Below are positions 1 through 9,084 of a DNA stretch of 64,000 bases, piece after piece. A program made the translations under genes and the position numbers. Under the pieces are notes generated by a model that searched no databases, was not told where the DNA came from, and was given only the letters and a program-made list of their open reading frames with translations. How positions within the stretch are numbered: the stretch's first letter is position 1; each line of letters begins with the position of its first letter. The stretch is taken from positions 13,039 to 77,038 of the IMG/VR virus record IMGVR_UViG_3300026088_000014. One strand, 5' to 3'. Origin of the DNA: a virus (taxonomy: Duplodnaviria > Caudoviricetes).

Positions 1-439
1 ATTGCTTGGCAATGGTTTGTGCGCCCACGATGTTCTGACCGTGACGAGCATAAACAATATTCTCTAAAGCCTCGGTAGCAGAAAACTGTGGGTCGGTTTG
101 CGAGCAGTCGGTGATGACCTGAAATAATCCTGTCCAACGGTCAGATGCATTGCCACTAAAGGTGGGATTTACTGCCTTGAGAGAGAAGCCATGGATCAAG
201 GCCAGAGGATCAGTGCCGGGGCCGACAGACGGAATGAGCGAGGCCAGCTCATTAAGCGCGGATTGCACGTTATTTGATGTAATTGGCGCAGCCGGGACAT
301 TGGTCACCTCGTTACCGCCAATGCTCCCGGCAATAGTATGCGCAGCATTCCAGTTGTTCGGCACAACCTTTCCGGCTGCGATCGCAGACGACTTGCTGGT
401 AAGGCCGGAGACAAATGGATGCGTAATCGTGTATGGCAT
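1..439 (-). CDS. Tail fibre/tailspike N-terminal portion, runs off the left edge
   Basis: Hand-translated, not in the ORF track. ATG at 439 follows AGGAA. MPYTITHPFVSG...VVPNNWNAAHTI...NVQSALNEL resembles fibre N-terminal anchor motifs. The frame is open to base 1. Confidence 0.6.
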   Translation of the reverse strand, partial: MPYTITHPFVSGLTSKSSAIAAGKVVPNNWNAAHTIAGSIGGNEVTNVPAAPITSNNVQSALNELASLIPSVGPGTDPLALIHGFSLKAVNPTFSGNASDRWTGLFQVITDCSQTDPQFSATEALENIVYARHGQNIVGAQTIAKQ

Positions 440-511
440 GATTGTTCCTAAGTTAAGAAGGAATCGGTCTGAAAGGCATCGGTCTGAAAGGCTCCTGCAT
501 CTGCTGGCGGT

Positions 512-676
512 TTAGGTTTGGAAAGCGTCTTCTTGGAAGGCGTCCGACTGGAACGCCCCTTCGTCCGTGACGCTGGTGACCGGACTTGCCGCCGCACTCG
601 ACGGCGAGATAACCGAGACATTTGCTCTCCTTGCATTGATGCCGCGAACCAAGGCCGGGATGTCAATCTCTGTCAC
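512..676 (-). CDS. Small virion-module protein (54 aa) ending GAFQSDAFQEDAFQT
   Basis: Hand-translated. GTG start overlaps the TGA of the upstream gene; AFQxD repeats. Confidence 0.5.
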   Translation of the reverse strand: MTEIDIPALVRGINARRANVSVISPSSAAASPVTSVTDEGAFQSDAFQEDAFQT

Positions 677-975
677 GGATCAATTACCCGAATCACCCCA
701 AGCTGCGAGGCAGACGACGCGCCTGCGGCTATTATCGACCATAGCACAAGACCGAGCGCAGCGTTGGTGCTCGACCAAGTACCGGTATAAAAGCTGTTAT
801 TGACGCCAAGCGTCACCGTATCTGTCTGCAATATGTTGTTGATATTGGTGTAAGACAGCGACAGAGTGGCTCCAGAGGGAACCGTCAGATTCCCGTTCGA
901 GTCGTAGAACTCAGCAGTAAAGAAGGCCGAGTTGCCATACTGGATGTTAACCGGCCCGAGCGCGACCTGTGTCAT
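673..975 (-). CDS. Ig-like/BppU-N-like virion protein
   Basis: Beta-rich 100 aa (GNSAFFTAEFYDSNG...YTGTWSST); coupled to its neighbours. Confidence 0.45.
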   Translation of the reverse strand: MTQVALGPVNIQYGNSAFFTAEFYDSNGNLTVPSGATLSLSYTNINNILQTDTVTLGVNNSFYTGTWSSTNAALGLVLWSIIAAGASSASQLGVIRVIDP

Positions 976-1337
976 ATGCTGCTGAAGCCTCCTATTGGAT
1001 AGTGTGAGCCGGCAAAGACCGGAGCTACTCCAACATCAGAAATGATTGCCCCAATGTTGTTCTTGACGATATATGGCGGTCCATCACGATCAAGCGCGAA
1101 TTGCAGAGCGGCAGCGTTCAGCAGAACCGGCGCTTGACCCTGTAGAGAGACAATAGCGAACCATCCAGTCAGGAATGTATGCACGCCGCCGACATCCTGT
1201 GACGGACGCCATGCCTGCACGTTTGGCAAAACATGATCGGTGGCCCACTGGTTGCTGATCTGGAATTTCTGCGCAACAGCAAAAGCATCTGCCTTGGCGG
1301 CGGCCTCATCAGTCCATTTGAAAAAATAGTCGATCAT
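972..1337 (-). CDS. Fibre-associated hypothetical protein
   Basis: ATGA overlap with the upstream fibre gene; MIDYFFKWTDEAAAKA N-terminus typical of small genes that follow fibres. Confidence 0.55.
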   Translation of the reverse strand: MIDYFFKWTDEAAAKADAFAVAQKFQISNQWATDHVLPNVQAWRPSQDVGGVHTFLTGWFAIVSLQGQAPVLLNAAALQFALDRDGPPYIVKNNIGAIISDVGVAPVFAGSHYPIGGFSSI

Positions 1338-2587
1338 GTCGTATCGCCCTGCAAAGTCGCATCAGCCAGTTTACTGGTAAACAGCACAAGGCGCGTGATG
1401 TAAGTAAAAACAAAGTTGACTGTACCGGTTGAGCCGAGATGCAAAGTTGAGGACGGGGTTTGCGCGACTGCATCGGTCGCAACAGAGCCGCCATCGAGAA
1501 CAAGACTTCGCCCCGAACCGCTCCAAGCAAGACCCAGTTTTGCGGCTACTGTATCCCTAGTAGCCGTGTTGGCTGTCGTCAGTGTTGAGGTTATCGAAGC
1601 AAGCCCGTGGTTAGTGGCATCAAACCCGAGCAGGTTAGTTCCGTTACTATCAACAATATTGGCGGCAAACCCTGCACCCTCACCGTTATCAGTCCACGCC
1701 ACGATCGAACCTGTTGCAGCTGCAATATCGGTCTGCGCTGCCCCGCTTATGGTTATGACATCGGCTGCCCGAGTTGCCGATGTGCTCGTAGTTGGCACAT
1801 ATGAACTCGGGAAAGCGCCTAGCTCGACTTGTGCGCCCCATAAAAATATTCCGCTCACGCCATCTCCTGCCCAAGTATGATAGGTCGACTGATCCAGAAC
1901 ACCAAAATTCAAAATGAACGAATTTGCCGACGCATCTATAGTTACGGAAGGTCTTACCCAACCATTGGCCAGCACCTCAAATCTTATGGTCTCTCCGGTT
2001 GGTGCAGCACCGAAATCTCGGCGTGTCGAGGTACCGGCAACCAGATCAAAAACCCACCATGAATCAAATGTTGTATTGTTAATAGCTATTGCTCCAAAGT
2101 TGTAACCATTCGGTTTGAAGTAGCAACTTGCTGTCCATTGCGCTGCTGTAGTCGTGCCCGAAGTAGTGCCAACCTTATGTTCGCCAGAGGCTACCGTGGT
2201 AATTATGGAATCGGCTGTTGCTGTGCCATCCGGCGCAGTTGTCGTGTTTGCAGTTACAGTGACGTTAGAAACACTCCATTCGGTTGTATTATCAAATTCT
2301 TGGCTTCTTTTTTGTATGTTTGTCCGAGAATCTTCGGCGAGCAGTCCCAGACTTGTGAGACGCAGCGTATCGTTAGCAAATTGCGTCAGCGTTCCAGCTA
2401 ATGTCTTCGCATAGCCAATAGAGGCGCGCGAACATGATAAGACATCGGTAGCAGCACTTACCCCAAAATACAGAGCAGCCTCGAACCACATATCGATATC
2501 GGCCCCAGCCAACGGGAATGCCGGCTGCTGAAAGGCCGTTGCCGTTTCCGGAATGATCCTGCGGATGAAATCAAAGCTGGCGTACAT
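1334..2587 (-). CDS. Head-spike/fibre domain protein (carbohydrate-binding-like)
   Basis: Motifs LLAEDSRTN..., TAPDGT.TAD and WGAQVELGAFPSSYVPTT...TRAAD are typical of phage spike/fibre proteins. Confidence 0.7.
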   Translation of the reverse strand: MYASFDFIRRIIPETATAFQQPAFPLAGADIDMWFEAALYFGVSAATDVLSCSRASIGYAKTLAGTLTQFANDTLRLTSLGLLAEDSRTNIQKRSQEFDNTTEWSVSNVTVTANTTTAPDGTATADSIITTVASGEHKVGTTSGTTTAAQWTASCYFKPNGYNFGAIAINNTTFDSWWVFDLVAGTSTRRDFGAAPTGETIRFEVLANGWVRPSVTIDASANSFILNFGVLDQSTYHTWAGDGVSGIFLWGAQVELGAFPSSYVPTTSTSATRAADVITISGAAQTDIAAATGSIVAWTDNGEGAGFAANIVDSNGTNLLGFDATNHGLASITSTLTTANTATRDTVAAKLGLAWSGSGRSLVLDGGSVATDAVAQTPSSTLHLGSTGTVNFVFTYITRLVLFTSKLADATLQGDTT

Positions 2588-2589
2588 GG

Positions 2590-3357
2590 CTATGATGACA
2601 CCACATAAGGTGAGGTTGGCGGGGTGAAGTTAGCGGTCCAAGCCGCCGTGTTATTAAGGATACGCAACTCATCGATCCAGCCATCAAAATGCGTTCCACC
2701 GTGATCCTCGTTGCCAACGGTCGGAGTTCCTGGCGATATATCCATCACCTGGGTACTGGTGTAATCCGCAACGGCTTTAGTGCCATCAACGAAGAGCCGC
2801 AGAGTCGTGCCAGCCCGCGTTACAGCGAAGTGATGCCAAACCAAGGTGTCGTTGACGGTGGGGCCAGTAATCGCCGGATCAACCGCGCCGACATCGACAT
2901 AGATGATATTATCGCTGAACCAGAAGATGTTGAGTGATCCAATGTCTCTGGCCGTAATCTCTCCGGTCGAATACATGATCGATGCATGCTGTGAATTTCG
3001 CATGGCCCAGAAATCAACGGTAAAGTCGTTCTGACGCGAGGCCATATCTGCGCTGCCGTCGAGCACCATCCAGCTGAATGGCGGCCCCACATCCGGCCCA
3101 ACCCGCAGCGATGAGACACCGAACTTGGCCTGCGCTTGGTCGAGAAAACAGTCAGCCCCCGACCCGCCGTTGCTGTCGATGGCGGCCCCGTTGCGATGCT
3201 GCCCGGTAGCGTCGACAAAGACCTGCGAGCCCTGCGACCCGTCAAAGTGCATCAGCAGGGTCGGGCTCTTAGTCACATTGGGAAATGACGGAACGACCAG
3301 CTGCGTATCCGAGGCTGGGATAATCCGGGGGACAAACTTTTTCGACTCATAAAGCAT
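2590..3357 (-). CDS. LamG/concanavalin A-like domain virion protein
   Basis: LLMHFDG, DFTVDFW, WHHFAVTRAGTTLRLFVDG and FDGWIDELRI motifs. Confidence 0.85.
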   Translation of the reverse strand: MLYESKKFVPRIIPASDTQLVVPSFPNVTKSPTLLMHFDGSQGSQVFVDATGQHRNGAAIDSNGGSGADCFLDQAQAKFGVSSLRVGPDVGPPFSWMVLDGSADMASRQNDFTVDFWAMRNSQHASIMYSTGEITARDIGSLNIFWFSDNIIYVDVGAVDPAITGPTVNDTLVWHHFAVTRAGTTLRLFVDGTKAVADYTSTQVMDISPGTPTVGNEDHGGTHFDGWIDELRILNNTAAWTANFTPPTSPYVVSS

Positions 3358-6122
3358 TATGTTTCCTCTATCGACACCGAAGCATTGTCGATGGCCGGAA
3401 CCTCTTCGGTCGAGACATCCGCCTGCCGAACTGCTGGTATTTCCTTGATTGAGACAACCGTAGTCGGCACACGCGACACAGCAGGTACTTGATTATAAAC
3501 AGTGATACCGAAGAATGCACTGTCACTGTTAACCTCGGTGGCCGAGATGGTGACAAATACATCCGAAAGAACCTGTTCCTGCGAGGTCTGGAAGAACCGC
3601 TGATACCTAGCGCCAAGACCGATCTTCAGACGCACAGGCTCGTTAAGTGGCGCAAACCACGCAATGGTGCGCACCAGATTGGGGAAGACCGGCGTCTCAG
3701 GTGTGAACGCCCGCTGATACGGCGCATTAAGCCACAGCTTCTTGCGCAACGGCGTCGAGAACGGCTGGTGCCAGGACTCAAAGCGCGAGACATCCGGCGT
3801 GAAAACCGAAGTGGTAAAGCTCTGATATTGGAAGCTGCGCGGATAGATGACGGTCGGCGATACGCTCGACACAAAGACCGGGGTCGGAATGATCGGCGCA
3901 GCGTAAGTCTGCTGCTGGCTGGTCAGCAGTGGCCGGCGAGCACGAACCGGAATCGACCACGGCTGGTGCCAGCCGTCCTCAAAGACTGCAGCAGCAGTTG
4001 GGGTAAACGTGCTCCAACTAAATGACGGCTGGCTGGCAACGCTCGGCTTGCGCCGTGTCGGCTCCGACCACGGTTGATGCCAACGACTCTCGAAGTCCTG
4101 AATGATCTGGGTTTCAGGATTGAGCGTCAGCCCGATGAACGCCTGCTGCAGATTGGCTTTGATGCCAATTTTCTGCCGAACAGGATCGGTCCATGGGTAA
4201 ATCCACTTATCAACCGTGACTGTCTCAAAGACCGAGGTGGCTGGAGCGGTAAACGACGGCTGCTCGGAAACCGGGAAACGACGGAAGCGTACTGGCTCAG
4301 ACCATGGCTGGTGCCAACGGCTCTCGATCGTTCCGGTTAATTGATCGTCACTGAGATGTGGCCAACTCAGCGCTTCCTGTAGCGATGCCCGCAGTCCGAT
4401 CTTCTGTCGAACCGGCTCGGTCCATGGATAGACCCACTTATCAAGTGTGACGACTTCCGGAGTGGAGTTGTCATCAATAAAGGCCGTGACCTGTAGCGCC
4501 GTTGGGATACGCCGAGTTCTGACCGGCTCAGACCATGGGAAGTGCCAGCGGCTTTCAAAGTCTTGGCTGATCTGCGTGTCTGGATTGAGCGTCAGGCCGA
4601 TAAAGGCTTGCTGCAGCCCGGTCCTGAGACCGATCTTCAACCTGACTGGATCGGTCCACGGGTAGATCCATTTATCGACAGTGACCGTCTCGAATACGGA
4701 CGTTGCCGGGGCAGCCGCGGCCTGCTGCTGCGCGGTCAGTAACGGCGGCTTGATGCGAACCGGATCTGACCAAGCGAAGTGCCAGCGACTCTCGATGTCT
4801 TGGCTGATTTGCGTCTCAGGATCGAGGACCGGCGCAATGAACGCTTGCTGCAGGTAGGTCTTGAGACCAATCTTGGTCCTGACCGGATCAGTCCAAGGAT
4901 AGATCCATTTATCCGAAGTAACGAACTCCGGCGTAAAGACCGGCGCGTGGTAGGCAGACTGTTCCGCTGTCGGGAAGCGACGGAAACGAACCGGCTCCGA
5001 CCACGCATACGTCCACTTGTCGACGGTGACGACTTCTGGAGTAAAGAGAGTCTGCGCGACCGCCTGTTGCTCGGCGGTCGGGAATCTCTTGAACCTGACT
5101 GGTTCTGACCACGGATAGTGCCATCTGCTCTCGAACTGATCGACGATCTGCGTCTCGTCATCGAGAACTGGACCGATCGCCGCTTGCTGAAGCGCCGCAC
5201 GCAGTCCGGGCTTTGCTGGCGTTGGTGTTTCAAGCCAATGGAACCAGCTATCAACATCCACGACCTCTGTCGTAAATGGCGTCTGGATTCCGCCATCGGA
5301 TGTTTCCAGCGCGCGGGCTGCCGCCGGATCGCGCTTGAGCCTGACAGGATCGACAAACGCCTTGTACCAACTGTCGATGTCGACATCGGGCTGCGGCGTA
5401 TAGGCAAGGAACGGCTGTTCGCCGGTCGGCAGCTGCCGCTTGGTTCTTACCGGTTCAGACCACGGGAAATGCCAGCGCGACTCAAACTGATCGATGATTT
5501 GCGTTTCATCATCGAGCACAGGGCCGATCGCTGCTTGCTGCAGCGACGCGCGTAATCCTGGCTTCTGCCTGACCGGCTCAGTCCACGGGTAGACCCACTT
5601 GTCGACCGTGACTGTTTCGGCAGTCGTGACAAATGGTGTGTACGCCAGAGACGGGTACTGGAATGCCTGCTGGAATATGACCGCACTGGTCCCGTGCGGG
5701 ACAGCAATTACCTGCGGCGGAGAAAAATCTATCGTGGCATCGAGAGCCAGCGTGATGAATCGCCGCGGATCGATCTTAACGCGAACCGGCTGTTCAAGCG
5801 GTCGATACCAACTATCGACATCTATTGCCGCTGGCGGGATAAACGGCGCTGAGATTAGGCCATCGGATGTTTCCAGCGCGCGAGCACTACGTGGATCACG
5901 ACTGACGCGAACTGGATCGCGCCATGCCGCAAACCACTTATCGACAGTGACGGTCTCAGGTGGAACAAAGGCTGGCTCAGTATGCGACTGATACTGGAAG
6001 CGGCCTTTGTAGGTGACCTGCGAGGAACAGGTGACGTTGATGACAGCAGTAACGACCGGAACGGCGACAACCGCGACGAAGGCTAATTCTTGATATTGTC
6101 GCTGGTTTCTGAAGAAGGGCAC
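3357..6122 (-). CDS. 921-aa tandem-repeat protein, putative virion fibre/shaft
   Basis: About 19 copies of (D/E)-x-W-x-x-P-W-x-(E/D)-P-V-R within the structural operon. Confidence 0.75.
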   Translation of the reverse strand: MPFFRNQRQYQELAFVAVVAVPVVTAVINVTCSSQVTYKGRFQYQSHTEPAFVPPETVTVDKWFAAWRDPVRVSRDPRSARALETSDGLISAPFIPPAAIDVDSWYRPLEQPVRVKIDPRRFITLALDATIDFSPPQVIAVPHGTSAVIFQQAFQYPSLAYTPFVTTAETVTVDKWVYPWTEPVRQKPGLRASLQQAAIGPVLDDETQIIDQFESRWHFPWSEPVRTKRQLPTGEQPFLAYTPQPDVDIDSWYKAFVDPVRLKRDPAAARALETSDGGIQTPFTTEVVDVDSWFHWLETPTPAKPGLRAALQQAAIGPVLDDETQIVDQFESRWHYPWSEPVRFKRFPTAEQQAVAQTLFTPEVVTVDKWTYAWSEPVRFRRFPTAEQSAYHAPVFTPEFVTSDKWIYPWTDPVRTKIGLKTYLQQAFIAPVLDPETQISQDIESRWHFAWSDPVRIKPPLLTAQQQAAAAPATSVFETVTVDKWIYPWTDPVRLKIGLRTGLQQAFIGLTLNPDTQISQDFESRWHFPWSEPVRTRRIPTALQVTAFIDDNSTPEVVTLDKWVYPWTEPVRQKIGLRASLQEALSWPHLSDDQLTGTIESRWHQPWSEPVRFRRFPVSEQPSFTAPATSVFETVTVDKWIYPWTDPVRQKIGIKANLQQAFIGLTLNPETQIIQDFESRWHQPWSEPTRRKPSVASQPSFSWSTFTPTAAAVFEDGWHQPWSIPVRARRPLLTSQQQTYAAPIIPTPVFVSSVSPTVIYPRSFQYQSFTTSVFTPDVSRFESWHQPFSTPLRKKLWLNAPYQRAFTPETPVFPNLVRTIAWFAPLNEPVRLKIGLGARYQRFFQTSQEQVLSDVFVTISATEVNSDSAFFGITVYNQVPAVSRVPTTVVSIKEIPAVRQADVSTEEVPAIDNASVSIEET
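3630..5950 (-). repeat. Coding tandem repeats of about 35-42 aa, alternating VDKW..PWT(D/E)PVR and ESRWH.PWSEPVR types
   Basis: 19 motif copies counted by hand; near-identical DNA repeats, e.g. atcggatgtttccagcgcgcg twice. Confidence 0.9.
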
Positions 6123-6123
6123 G

Positions 6124-6831
6124 TCAGTACCCTAAGATTTCGGTCTTCGTAAAAAAGTCTTGAGGCTGGGTGTCCGGGAGATCTATGCTTCCGCTTACAG
6201 CGACAGCAATCGATGTAGCAAACCAAGCCCCACTGACAGAAAATCCATAGACACCAGGATCGTAGGGATTGCTGGACAGCGGTGTGCTCGACCACGACAT
6301 GGCGATCGTCGTGCTGCGCGTGTCACTACCGGTCGTTGATACCGGCGTAGAAAAGGCTCCGCCGATCCCCGTCACCGTGCTGGCAGATAACGATGCCGCA
6401 CAGGCAACAATAGCAAAGGCTGTCGAGGGCGCGGTTAGCTGCGGCGGGTTCGGGCTGGTGCTGGTTCCGGTTGCCGTCGCCTCAGGGGCATCAACTGCAT
6501 ATCTCTCTGCCCCACGCAGCACCACGTAAGCCGCAGCACATCCATCCTGAGCGTTACCGCTATTGCTACAAACGATGGTGAGATCACCGCCTGTCGAAAT
6601 CTTGGTAAACAAGCCATAATTCAGGTTGCCGCTGACGAACGTCGAGGTGATCGGGGTTATCGCCGTGCCGCCGGATGAATAGGCAACCAGCGTCTGCGCA
6701 CGCGGACACGCCATCGCTACGAATACTTGATCGCCGTTGATGAGGCAGGATGTGGCTGTCGCTATATTAAGCGTGATCGACAGGCCGTTAATGGCGCTGA
6801 CGGCTGAAGTATTGATAAGGGAAATAGCCAC
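6124..6831 (-). CDS. Ser/Thr-rich putative virion protein
   Basis: 235 aa, about 27% S+T, few charged residues, structural operon. Confidence 0.65.
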   Translation of the reverse strand: MAISLINTSAVSAINGLSITLNIATATSCLINGDQVFVAMACPRAQTLVAYSSGGTAITPITSTFVSGNLNYGLFTKISTGGDLTIVCSNSGNAQDGCAAAYVVLRGAERYAVDAPEATATGTSTSPNPPQLTAPSTAFAIVACAASLSASTVTGIGGAFSTPVSTTGSDTRSTTIAMSWSSTPLSSNPYDPGVYGFSVSGAWFATSIAVAVSGSIDLPDTQPQDFFTKTEILGY

Positions 6832-6843
6832 ATCCGGCCTTCC

Positions 6844-7146
6844 TCAGAAGCCATAAGACTTCAACGCCATCTCTCGCTGTTCGGCCATCTCAAGTCTTTT
6901 CTGGAACGGAACGCACGGGCCATCGGCACAGGTCGGGCAGGTCATCTTCATGCAGTTGCGGCACATTGAACCGAATTCACCCATGGGAGCCATCGGTTTG
7001 ACATGGATGATTCGGTTACAATGACAGCAAGTGAAGGTGTCGCGCTCGATGACGCCGGCACCAACTTCCTCGCACCGGAACCTGTCGAAGTTTACCCTCA
7101 CAGGATCAGGCGTAGTAATAACCGCGTAGCCGTGCGGATTCCGCAT
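6844..7146 (-). CDS. Cys-rich putative zinc-binding protein
   Basis: CCHC, CRNC and CPTC...C motifs. Confidence 0.6.
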   Translation of the reverse strand: MRNPHGYAVITTPDPVRVNFDRFRCEEVGAGVIERDTFTCCHCNRIIHVKPMAPMGEFGSMCRNCMKMTCPTCADGPCVPFQKRLEMAEQREMALKSYGF

Positions 7147-7155
7147 TGTGAACTC

Positions 7156-7698
7156 CTACTCGGAGAACAACACGTTTCCGGTGACGGTGGTCGTCAGCGT
7201 GCCGCGGAAGCGCAGCGCCAAGCCGGAGAATGTCGTGGCCGAAGATGTGGCCGGAGACACGATTTCCGATCCCGGAGCGGCGACCCAACGATACGAGGCG
7301 CGCTGGTTGACACCAACGTACCAAGGCTCGGCACCGACCGAGTAGCTGGCCGATGAGCCCTGCGAGGCGTTGATGGTGCAGAAGCACTGGAAGCCGGTAT
7401 CCGCCGGGTCCAGGGTGAATGCACTCGACGCGCTCGACAGCGTGCCGGTCCAGGTCAGCGTCGAACCGATCGTAGTGCGGATGATCGAGTATTCGACGTA
7501 AGAGTCCGCCGGGGTGCCGTTGGTGCCGACAAGCACGTCGTACCACTTGACACGCTTGAGGCCGTTGTTGGCCGGCGGGCTGACCAGTGCGCTGCCGCTT
7601 GACGGCTGCGTCATGATCGCCGGCTGATAAGATGTCGATGCGGTCGTTTGCGCAGAACCAAACGACAGGTTCGAGTTAGAAATTCCATAATTGGGCAT
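7156..7698 (-). CDS. Ser/Thr-rich putative virion protein
   Basis: 180 aa, about 29% S+T. Confidence 0.65.
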   Translation of the reverse strand: MPNYGISNSNLSFGSAQTTASTSYQPAIMTQPSSGSALVSPPANNGLKRVKWYDVLVGTNGTPADSYVEYSIIRTTIGSTLTWTGTLSSASSAFTLDPADTGFQCFCTINASQGSSASYSVGAEPWYVGVNQRASYRWVAAPGSEIVSPATSSATTFSGLALRFRGTLTTTVTGNVLFSE

Positions 7699-7707
7699 AG
7701 ATGGCTC

Positions 7708-8691
7708 CTATCCCTGTTTCTCTGGGTTGCGTGCCTTCGCCAGCAACTGGTCCAGATACCAAGTGCCGCCGTTATCTTGCGTGCCGAGATGAATTTCCGT
7801 GTAGTAGACCGTATCTTCCAGCGCACCTTGCAGGTAGCGAAGGTCGGCGGTCTTCGACGCAACCACGTTCTGTGCTTGCGCCAGTTCCTGATTACAGACG
7901 TTGATGCGGGATTGCAGCTCGGCACGACGCGCGAGCGTCTTTCTGCCGAATTGCGTAACATCAGAATATCCATACAGGCCAGGTGGCTGCATGATATCCG
8001 ACTCGGGTGGTGCCCAGCATTTGATGCCGCGCTTTGCAGCTTCGACGAACAGCGCCTGCGTTCCTTGCCGCTGCACCATGTATTCGTCGTGCGAGGCCAT
8101 ATCGATACCATAGAGGTTAATCTCTTTGGCACCCTGCATCATGGCAAAGCCAAGCATCCAAGCGAACGATGAGGTAAAGAAGTAGGGACCGAATTCCTTT
8201 ATGAGCTCGTCGCGCGGGAAGATCAGCGCATTCTTGACCTGCGACTGATCCTGCATATAGAGCGGGATCTTCAGCTCGCTAAGCCACTTCAGATATGGCT
8301 CGCCGTAGTGCTTACATTCCGGCCACAGCAGGTTGGCATGGATCTCAAACCACACGTCAGCGCGCGGCAGGTTATTCATGTTGCCGGGCGAGCAGGCCCA
8401 GATCTTCCAAGACGGGTCGTTGAACGGAGCCAGCAGACGCGATGACGGCGCAGTACCGATCAAGGCAACCTTGAGCGGAGCAGGCTCAGCCGCAGGGACA
8501 ACCGGCATTTGAAACGTCGGCCCTATTCCGTACATAGGCTGCGGCAGCGCCCCGCCAAGCTCGACAAACGGATTGGCTGTCGTCGGCTCATGCGGCGCAA
8601 CAATGTGTACCGGTGCATTGCCGGTATCTCCCTGCGGAGAAAGCTCCGGTTTCTTGTTCTGGTCGCCGAAGGTTGGCGTAATCAATGACAT
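7708..8691 (-). CDS. Putative glycosyltransferase, Maf/DUF115 or GT29 sialyltransferase-like
   Basis: KVALIGTAPS...IWACS...ADVWFEIH resembles sialylmotif-L/Maf; FTSSFAWMLGFAMMQGAKEINLYGIDM resembles sialylmotif-S/Maf. Confidence 0.6.
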   Translation of the reverse strand: MSLITPTFGDQNKKPELSPQGDTGNAPVHIVAPHEPTTANPFVELGGALPQPMYGIGPTFQMPVVPAAEPAPLKVALIGTAPSSRLLAPFNDPSWKIWACSPGNMNNLPRADVWFEIHANLLWPECKHYGEPYLKWLSELKIPLYMQDQSQVKNALIFPRDELIKEFGPYFFTSSFAWMLGFAMMQGAKEINLYGIDMASHDEYMVQRQGTQALFVEAAKRGIKCWAPPESDIMQPPGLYGYSDVTQFGRKTLARRAELQSRINVCNQELAQAQNVVASKTADLRYLQGALEDTVYYTEIHLGTQDNGGTWYLDQLLAKARNPEKQG

Positions 8692-8692
8692 C

Positions 8693-9079
8693 TCAACTTC
8701 CTATAATCTGCCCGGAGATCAGCGTGACAACCTGACCGACCGTGACCAGCGTACTGTTAAGTCCGTTGGCAATCGTGACGTTTGCCCCAGAAAGCGGAAT
8801 TCCAACGGTCAGGCCAGAAATCATCACAGCTCCTGTCGAATCTTGTATCCTAGCTCCGTCTGCATTTCCAGTTGCGTCCGCCGATATATCTAGCGCCGGC
8901 ACGGTGAACGTGAGTACGCCGGCTGCAGCGACGCCGCATGGCTTAGCAAGTGTAATGGTAGCAAGAGTGACCCCACCATTAAGGAGAAGCATAACTCCGT
9001 TACCAGGGCCTGCATCGATCGCAGTGATGACCCCATTAAGTCGGGCGGTGATGGCTGTTGTGCTGTAAACGATGGCCAC
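8693..9079 (-). CDS. Conserved small virion protein
   Basis: GTG start at 9079 after GGA; MAIVYSTTAITARL...GVLTF...DATGNADGARIQDS pattern seen in phage structural genes. Confidence 0.6.
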   Translation of the reverse strand: MAIVYSTTAITARLNGVITAIDAGPGNGVMLLLNGGVTLATITLAKPCGVAAAGVLTFTVPALDISADATGNADGARIQDSTGAVMISGLTVGIPLSGANVTIANGLNSTLVTVGQVVTLISGQIIGS

Positions 9080-9084
9080 ATTGA

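Noticed and set aside
3357-6122. Diversity-generating retroelement involving the repeat gene
   Set aside because: No reverse transcriptase in the window; the repeats are coding and do not differ specifically at adenines.
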